DNA of 64,000 nt, from assembly GCA_964589735.1 (NCBI GenBank), contig CAZPUL010000008.1, positions 1,213 through 65,212 of the forward strand. Reading direction: 5' to 3'. Numbering within the stretch: the first letter of the stretch is position 1; each line of letters opens with the position of its first letter. Position numbers and translations under genes: made by a program. Positions 58,337 through 64,000 of the stretch are shown piece after piece. The notes below the pieces were generated by a model. That model was given only the letters and a program-made list of their open reading frames with translations. It did no database searches and had not been told where the DNA came from. The DNA comes from an uncultured Verrucomicrobiota bacterium. Its GTDB lineage: Bacteria > Verrucomicrobiota > Verrucomicrobiia > Limisphaerales > JAEYXS01.

Positions 58337-59689
58337 TCAGGTTCCCGAGGATTTTTTGAGGCGGAAAAAGACCGTGCCTGACGAGGCATCCACCGTAACG
58401 GTCAGGTCGGAGCCATCCGCCACCGGGGCGATTCCCACCGGCTGCCAGTTGTCGGGAGAGAATGAAGTGGTGGATTCCAAGGTGAAATCAGCCGCCGCAT
58501 TAGGCCATTTCACGATGACGTTGCTGCCTGATTTGACGATGGTCAACGCAGGCGCGGCAGGCCCGGAAACGGTGATGCTGACGATGCCCAGAGCATAGCC
58601 CTGCACGCTATCCGTGATGAGATAGTAAAAAGTATCCACAACGGACTGGCCCAGACCCAGATTTTGCAGAGTCGATGAGGCTCCGGGATTGTAGATGAAA
58701 CTGCCGTCCGCATTCAGGGTGACCGTTGCGCCCAGTTCGCTGGTGGCGGCGTAAGCGGGAATCGTGGACTGCAAGGCATGAAGCGAGCCGACGTAGGTAA
58801 TGTCGGGATCGAGGGCTGTGCCGGCAAAGGCAGCGCCCGCAGGTGTCAAAGGCAAGTTGGCACTGGTAGCTCCGTTGTCATCAGCCAAGACCGTACCCTC
58901 ACCTGAGCTATTAACCATGCGATCTTCATTTGTCACGTTAACGATACGGATGCGGTCCACCCGGCCATTGGCTGCTACACCAAAAGTATCGAGATTAAAC
59001 TTTGTGGAAAAAAGGCCCGGAGCAAACGACTCGTTATAGCGCTTAAATGATTGCGCCTTGAGATACACCCACGAGCTCCAGACATCATCAACAGGATTGT
59101 GCACTTGGATCATGTAGGCTTCGGCACCACCTGTGGTGTCACCTGCCTCAAACACCACAAAATCATCACCTGTCAGGTTGGTTAACATCACACCGGCCGC
59201 CCACCGTAGCTCTATCCCGCTGCGATGTGCCGTTCCATCATTGTTCAGCGGCAAATTCACTGCCTTGGTTAGAGTAGCGTCGGTAGAATTGGCATATAGA
59301 TGACCCGCTGACAGTCCCATCAAAAAACCAGCTGTGCTATCAGGAAAACCCACCGGGTTGCTGGATGTCCCTTGAGGCAGCGCAGTTACCACAGCGTTGC
59401 TGTAAGTGCCCGCTGACAGGGTAAAAATCTGGTTCGGCGTGAGCGCCTGGTCAAAGGTGATGCCGTCAAACGTGAACGTCTGGGAGACTAGCGCAGATAT
59501 GGTAAGCGATTGTCCGCTATTATCTGGGGTATCATTCGCCAAAACACCGGGGGCGGTGATAGAGAGAGTCGCGTCTTTGGAGACGGCGTAGGTGTCATTG
59601 GTGGCGATGGGAGCGCGGGCAAATGCCGACGGGAGTCCGCCAGCAAGAATGACCGCAGCTAATACAAGGGAGCGGATGGGAATACACAT
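58337..59689 (-). CDS. exported cadherin/VCBS-like repeat protein with a conserved C-terminal beta domain
   Basis: 'APIATNDTYAVSKDATLSITAPGVLANDT' and 'VDTFYYLITDS'. C-terminal 'LTIVKSGSNVIVKWPN...FFRLKK'. Confidence 0.6.
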   Translation of the reverse strand: MCIPIRSLVLAAVILAGGLPSAFARAPIATNDTYAVSKDATLSITAPGVLANDTPDNSGQSLTISALVSQTFTFDGITFDQALTPNQIFTLSAGTYSNAVVTALPQGTSSNPVGFPDSTAGFLMGLSAGHLYANSTDATLTKAVNLPLNNDGTAHRSGIELRWAAGVMLTNLTGDDFVVFEAGDTTGGAEAYMIQVHNPVDDVWSSWVYLKAQSFKRYNESFAPGLFSTKFNLDTFGVAANGRVDRIRIVNVTNEDRMVNSSGEGTVLADDNGATSANLPLTPAGAAFAGTALDPDITYVGSLHALQSTIPAYAATSELGATVTLNADGSFIYNPGASSTLQNLGLGQSVVDTFYYLITDSVQGYALGIVSITVSGPAAPALTIVKSGSNVIVKWPNAAADFTLESTTSFSPDNWQPVGIAPVADGSDLTVTVDASSGTVFFRLKKSSGT

Positions 59690-59832
59690 AAAGACAGTTC
59701 TTTTTATTGCTCTGTTTCATGTGTCTCCCTGATGGCAAAATAAGGTTATCGGGCCTCAACGCAAAAAGCAACACACACTACACAACTGTACTAATGCTCG
59801 TAGTGGACACCTTTAGCGAATTATTACTGCAA

Positions 59833-59863
59833 ATAAAAAACGCGGGATGAAACATCCCGCGTT
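59833..59863 (-). terminator. rho-independent terminator of ndk
   Basis: Minus strand: ACGCGGGATG-TTT-CATCCCGCGT followed by TTTTTATTT. Confidence 0.8.
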
Positions 59864-59903
59864 CGCCATAAATCAGAACTCCCCCCTACGGGGAGGATTC
59901 CGC

Positions 59904-60317
59904 TTAGAAAATCTCTTCCTGCTTGAAGAAGCGCTTCACCTCGGCGGCGGCGTTCTCCGGCGTGTCGGAAGCGTGGACGATGTTCTCCATCTTCGTCTTG
60001 CCCAGATCGCCACGGATGGTGCCCTTCGGCGCCTTCGTGGAGTCCGTGGGGCCGACCATATCGCGCACCTTGGCGATCACGTCCCGGCCTTCCAAGATCA
60101 TGGCGACCACGGGGGCGGACTTCATGAACCCGGCGATCTCCGGGAAAAATGGCTTGTCCGCCAGGTGGGAATAGTGGTCCTTCAGCAACGCGTCCGTCAG
60201 TTGCATCATCTTGCAGGCGCGCACTTTCAGCCCGCTCTGCTCGAACCGCCCGATCACTTCCCCGATCAGGTTTCGCTGCACGCAGTCAGGCTTCAACAAA
60301 ATCACAGTCAATTCCAT
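59904..60317 (-). CDS. ndk: nucleoside-diphosphate kinase
   Basis: 'ELTVILLKPDCVQRNLIGEVI' and 'NIVHASD' (active-site His). Confidence 0.93.
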   Translation of the reverse strand: MELTVILLKPDCVQRNLIGEVIGRFEQSGLKVRACKMMQLTDALLKDHYSHLADKPFFPEIAGFMKSAPVVAMILEGRDVIAKVRDMVGPTDSTKAPKGTIRGDLGKTKMENIVHASDTPENAAAEVKRFFKQEEIF

Positions 60318-60418
60318 AGGCGGGAAAAGCTACGTGTTCGTATCTTTGAGAAAAGCAAAATCTTAAGGTCTTTTTGGTCTATTTTTGCCCTTCCCGACCC
60401 CAAAATGGCCTCCGGGAA

Positions 60419-60451
60419 GCAAAAAGGCCGATGGAATCGCTCCATCGGCCT
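60419..60451 (-). terminator. rho-independent terminator of cysK
   Basis: Minus strand: AGGCCGATGGA-GCGAT-TCCATCGGCCT followed by TTTTGC. Confidence 0.75.
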
Positions 60452-60470
60452 CTTAAAAACAGGAGGTGGC

Positions 60471-61466
60471 TTAGCCGCCCACTTCGGCTTTCGCCTCGGC
60501 GGCGAGGGCCGTGCTGAGGTAGCGCTCGCCCGTGGAGCAGGCCACGGTGACGATGGTCTTGCCCTTGTTTTCCGGGCGTTTGGCGATCTCCAAGGCGGCC
60601 CAGACATTGGCACCGGTGGAGATGCCGACGAGGATGCCCTCTTCCTTAGCCAGACGGCGGGCCATGGCAAAGGCGTCGTCATTCGTCACTTGCACGGCTT
60701 CCACGATCTGCGGATTGCCGGCGGAATCCTTCAGATGGAGGTTCTTCGGCACGAAGCCCGCGCCGGTGCCCTGAATCTTATGCGGGCCGGGTTTCACGGA
60801 TTCGCCATTCAGCGTTTGCGTGATGACGGGAGAATCTTTCGGCTCCACGGCGATCGCCTGGAAGGACGGCTTCTTCGGTTTGATGACTTCGCAGCAGCCC
60901 GTGATGGTACCACCCGTGCCGACGGCGGCCACGAGGATATCAATCTTGCCATCCGTGTCTTCCCACAGCTCCACAGCGGTCGTCTTCTTATGGATCTCCG
61001 GATTCGAGGGATTCTCGAACTGCTGCGGGATCCATGCATTCGGCGTTTCCTTGGCCAATTGCTCGGCCTTGTTGATGGCGCCGCGCATGCCTTCCGCGCC
61101 CGGCGTCAGGACAAGCTTCGCACCCAGCATCGCCAGCAACGTGCGGCGCTCCAGTGACATCGTCTCGGGCATGGTGAGGATGATCTTGTAGCCCTTCGCC
61201 GCGGCGACGAACGCCAGCGCGATGCCCGTGTTACCGCTCGTCGGCTCGATGATGACCGTGTCCTTCTTCAGGATGCCCGCCTTCTCGGCGTCCTCGATCA
61301 TCGCCATGCCGATACGGTCCTTCACGCTGCCCAGCGGGTTGAAGAATTCGCACTTGAGCAAAATGCTGGTGCCGGGATCGATGCCTGCGCTGGCAGGAAT
61401 GCGATTCAGGCGGACAAGCGGTGTACGCCCGACCGTCTCCACGATGTTGTTATAGATGCGTCCCAT
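60471..61466 (-). CDS. cysK: cysteine synthase A (O-acetylserine sulfhydrylase)
   Basis: '[11 protein letters not shown]', '[14 protein letters not shown]' and 'GTGGTITG'. Confidence 0.93.
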   Translation of the reverse strand: MGRIYNNIVETVGRTPLVRLNRIPASAGIDPGTSILLKCEFFNPLGSVKDRIGMAMIEDAEKAGILKKDTVIIEPTSGNTGIALAFVAAAKGYKIILTMPETMSLERRTLLAMLGAKLVLTPGAEGMRGAINKAEQLAKETPNAWIPQQFENPSNPEIHKKTTAVELWEDTDGKIDILVAAVGTGGTITGCCEVIKPKKPSFQAIAVEPKDSPVITQTLNGESVKPGPHKIQGTGAGFVPKNLHLKDSAGNPQIVEAVQVTNDDAFAMARRLAKEEGILVGISTGANVWAALEIAKRPENKGKTIVTVACSTGERYLSTALAAEAKAEVGG

Positions 61467-61598
61467 AATCTTGTTTCGAAATCTTTATCAAATTAAGCCG
61501 GAAAAGTATGGGCAAGTTTCCGCGCATTGCCCGTTTGGAGCAAGATTTTTCCCATGGAGCCTTAGATTTGGGATTTTGCGCTGCCCCTGAAAGCAAGT

Positions 61599-62448
61599 GT
61601 CCCCGCCCGGTCTTGCGACCAGACGGGGACAAAATGGGGGGTGGGAGTTCGCCACACTCTCTTTCCCGAGCTGACATTAGGCGCGCTTTGGCTGCCAGCT
61701 TCCCGACGCCATTCTCCACGGCAAGCGGAGTTGTCGGCCTCGTAGCAGGGCCGTCCAGCGTCTTGCGACGGCTGGATTGTTGAGTGAGGCCTCTGGGCCC
61801 GCTTCGGCTGGTGGTTGCGCCACCGGCTGGCGGACCGGGTCAAGACACGCTAGTGACTGCTTTCCGCGTCTTGACCTCTCTGCCCGGGGTCGGCCACCGC
61901 TTTTGGCAGTGCGTTGGCCCCGTGCAACGGGTCTGACCTCTTAACTCTCAGATCGCTTTTCGCTCACATGCCAGCGAACCGTTTTAGCGGCGTCGCCAGC
62001 CTGGTTGGAAGGTTTTCACAGGCCTTGCCCGGACCCAGTGTCCTTCCCGGGGACTGCATCCGCTTGTTCACCTTTCGGTGTTTTTCGCGGCGTGGCTCTT
62101 AACCACGTTTACGCCGTCTCCGTGCTGATGCGCAGTAGCTATCTTACACCCTCTGGGGTGACTGCGATTCATGCGTGCCCGAAACCAGCCCGCATTACTT
62201 TACTCGGTTCGGAACGGTTTCTAATCGCTCCTGGCCGCCGGATGCCTTTTTTCGCGTTTTACTGGAACGGGCGCGACCCCATCCAGTGGCATCGGTGAAT
62301 CCTGCCTGCAGCGTTGACCCTTTCGGGTTTCGTTGAGGGGCCGGACCAATCAGCCTGTCCCGGCCTTTCCCCCGTTACCGGGGATTATCCTGAAGCGGCT
62401 TCCATCGACTCTCGCCGTTTTTCGGCCGCTTCGGTTCTTTCAGAGAAC
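61599..62448 (-). ncRNA. candidate large (~0.85 kb or longer) highly structured ncRNA, class unresolved
   Basis: No credible ORF exists in 1.25 kb. At least 12 perfect or near-perfect hairpins are present. On the minus strand the loops are GNRA: GCAA at 61599-61630 and 61755-61775, GAAA at 62069-62080 and 62317-62328, GUAA at 62370-62383. Five G·U pairs on the minus strand (helices 61599-61630, 61838-76, 61970-62000) would be A·C mismatches on the plus strand, against one case of the opposite kind (61807-27). Confidence 0.5.
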
Positions 62449-62450
62449 GC

Positions 62451-62721
62451 ATTCACAATAACATATTTCCCCGAACTGACTACGAATTCTTATTCACAAC
62501 TTGTGCACTTCTAATGATAAATCGTGATTTCAAAAAACCTCGTTTTCCTGAATAAAAACTAACATTCCCAGCCAGTGATCAAAGTTATTCACCGCGAAAT
62601 CATGATCAAAAACACCTCTGGTGAATAACTTCAGAACATCAATTCACAAAAATGTAGCAATTCTTTCTTCAAGATTTGAATTTCCACCTCGGAACAAACT
62701 ATCGCCTCAAAGAAAACACCG
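62451..62721 (-). promoter_or_regulatory. AT-rich segment with repeated ATTCAC boxes; putative promoter/operator region for the downstream (minus-strand) structured RNA
   Basis: ATTCAC at 62451, 62493, 62587 and 62642, plus an inverted GTGAAT at 62621. An 11-bp inverted repeat AGTTATTCACC...GGTGAATAACT spans 62583-62631. There is a sharp GC drop relative to the flanks. Confidence 0.35.
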
Positions 62722-64000
62722 TTATTTCTTGGGCTTTATTGAATATTTGTGGGCTATTTCGAAGGATTCCCCTGACTCTTTCCCAGTCGTTTTTAGATAC
62801 TGGATTGTTGACTCATCCTGCGTGACCACGACGCGAATAATCCCCGAACTCGGCAACACCACCCCACTCTTGTAACCGTATTCTTCCGCGCTTCGGACGG
62901 TTCCGCGCGGATGCCCCGGTTGCGGCACTTCTTGGTAGATGACTCCGTCCAGTTCCTGTTTCACAAACAGATGGTCATGTCCGTGAAACACCACATTCAC
63001 GCGATGCTTCACCAGCAACTGATGGATGGGCATGGCCCAGCATGGACGCTTGCTCGCGAATTCACCAGCACCGCTCAAACCTTGCCCGCCCCACTCAAAA
63101 TACTTCGCCGCCTCCACTCCACCGCGTGCTTCCTTGCTCGTCCCGCCCGCCAGATGATGCAGGAACACAAACCGATAATTCGCCTGGCTCGTCTCCAGTG
63201 TTTTCTTCAACCACTCATACTGCACCCCGCCCAGAGTGCGGTTCCAATTATCTTCACCACGTGTCTTGCTGCGCGTATACCAGAACGGATCCAGCACGAT
63301 GAACTGGGCATCTCCCCATGTCCAAGCGTAGTAGTCCTCCAACAAACCGGCTTGCGGATCCGGCGTTGTATTTCCAGTGTAAAATTCATTGGGCAACGGA
63401 TTCGGGAAGTAGCGTTTGCGCATCTGATTGGACCACACTGCGGCATTGTCCGTCGTGCCATCGAGAAACCATCCCGCCTCGCCATCATGATTCCCCAGCA
63501 CTAAGTATACGGGCGCTTGCTGCCCAATGATCCCGAAGTAATACCGCTGCGCCAGATACTGTTTCGCTGCGTCTTTGTAGTTCGTGTACTTGTCCGTCAT
63601 GAACGTGTCACCGAGGTCGATGTGGAAATCCGTTCCCGACAGAATTGCATTCGTGAGGCTGCGCTTATAGATCTCCGGCTCCGTCCCAAAATCCAGATGC
63701 GGGTCGGCCTGCACCGTGAAAGTGAACGTGCTCCCCGATGGACGCGCTGTCATGAACGTCCCTCCCGCACTGCTTTCAAAACCCTCTTTCCCCATCGCTC
63801 GCGAACGAAACTGAAAATGATAACGCGTGTTTGCCTGCAATCCCTCGAGCAGCAACTCCACCGGCTCCCCCTTCGCGAACTTCCGCTTCGTCGTTTCCTT
63901 CGCATACACGCCCGGCTTTGTTCCATAGGCTACATACCCCTCACGGTCCTCATAGGTAAGCACGCTCAAGGTGATGGAACTCTTCGTTGGCCGCCCCAAG
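62722..64000 (-). CDS. metallophosphoesterase (PhoD / purple-acid-phosphatase-like); N-terminus probably beyond the window edge
   Basis: 'FHIDLGDTF', 'LVLGNHDGE' and 'VVFHGHDHLF'. The ORF is open to the window end (its first codon in the track is TTG at the edge). Confidence 0.8.
   Translation of the reverse strand, partial: LGRPTKSSITLSVLTYEDREGYVAYGTKPGVYAKETTKRKFAKGEPVELLLEGLQANTRYHFQFRSRAMGKEGFESSAGGTFMTARPSGSTFTFTVQADPHLDFGTEPEIYKRSLTNAILSGTDFHIDLGDTFMTDKYTNYKDAAKQYLAQRYYFGIIGQQAPVYLVLGNHDGEAGWFLDGTTDNAAVWSNQMRKRYFPNPLPNEFYTGNTTPDPQAGLLEDYYAWTWGDAQFIVLDPFWYTRSKTRGEDNWNRTLGGVQYEWLKKTLETSQANYRFVFLHHLAGGTSKEARGGVEAAKYFEWGGQGLSGAGEFASKRPCWAMPIHQLLVKHRVNVVFHGHDHLFVKQELDGVIYQEVPQPGHPRGTVRSAEEYGYKSGVVLPSSGIIRVVVTQDESTIQYLKTTGKESGESFEIAHKYSIKPKK

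Noticed and set aside
61494-62374. Calling the structured region RNase P RNA (rnpB)
   Set aside because: Motifs resembling CR-I (GGGGGAAAGGCCGGG), P13/CR-II (GUAAACGUGGUUAAGAGCCACGCC), CR-III (CCGGGCAAGGCC) and CCGGCUUA occur in the right order. Against this, the universally conserved bulged U of GAAAGUCC is a G. The CR-I string pairs locally (62339-62365) instead of forming a long-range P4. The ACAGAA element is missing. I could not build P1/P2 pairings. The span (~880 nt) is more than twice that of any bacterial RNase P I know. I kept this as an alternative hypothesis inside the finding, not as a call.
61450-62514. Short ORFs inside the cysK-phosphoesterase gap (61450-61719-, 61508-61783+, 61562-61843-, 61914-62102+, 62005-62298+, 62314-62514+) as genes or as fragments of a pseudogene
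   Set aside because: The translations show no protein-like motif. The ORFs switch frame and strand, and the sequence is dominated by perfect hairpins, which argues for RNA structure rather than decayed coding sequence.
61467-62721. tmRNA, tRNA, SRP RNA, 6S RNA, a cobalamin riboswitch or a group II intron in the large gap
   Set aside because: No GGTTCGA-type T-arm or CCA-proximal acceptor was found. There is no tmRNA 5' GGGGCUGA / 3' T-arm pair. There is no group II 5' GUGYG plus domain V (GAGCCGU...ACGGUUC). Only loose similarity to SRP domain IV and to the B12 box was seen.
1-64000. A mobile element, prophage, genomic island or defence system (restriction-modification, toxin-antitoxin, CBASS, retron and similar)
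   Set aside because: No integrase, transposase, phage structural, reverse transcriptase, nuclease/helicase/methylase or small toxin-antitoxin pair signatures were seen in any frame. GC content is uniform apart from short AT-rich promoter regions.

Overview
This is a roughly 58% GC chromosomal segment. Its gene content points to the PVC superphylum, most likely Verrucomicrobiota: a DUF1501 protein, a DUF1552/DUF1592-cytochrome-c pair, several sulfatases, many Tat- or Sec-exported proteins of unknown function, and palindromic REP-like intergenic repeats. That taxonomic call is an inference from gene content; no database search was run. About 52 genes can be supported, most of them on the minus strand in tightly coupled operons. 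Housekeeping genes include rpoD, folK-dapB-dapA, kamA, a SUI1/YciH homologue, hpf, ndk, cysK, bioF-bioA, thiH/thiS and glpF. Accessory genes include two arylsulfatases, two paralogous esterases, a Gfo/Idh/MocA oxidoreductase, a glutaminase-STAS-cNMP fusion, an MscS channel, glycosyltransferases and a 1116-aa kinase/pyrophosphorylase fusion. I found no transposase, integrase, CRISPR array, rRNA or tRNA, and no recognisable defence system. The most unusual locus is the 1.25-kb ORF-free gap between cysK and a metallophosphoesterase gene (61467-62721). About 850 nt of it (61599-62448) is GC-rich and packed with perfect hairpins. On the minus strand these are capped by GNRA tetraloops and contain G·U pairs that would be A·C mismatches on the plus strand. 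This fits a large structured ncRNA transcribed from the minus strand, preceded by an AT-rich segment carrying repeated ATTCAC boxes. Its class is unresolved. It shows partial resemblance to RNase P conserved regions but lacks the invariant nucleotides and the expected size. All protein calls rest on motifs I recognise in the supplied translations, and start codons were checked against the nucleotide sequence. The ORF track reports TTG and GTG first codons as M.
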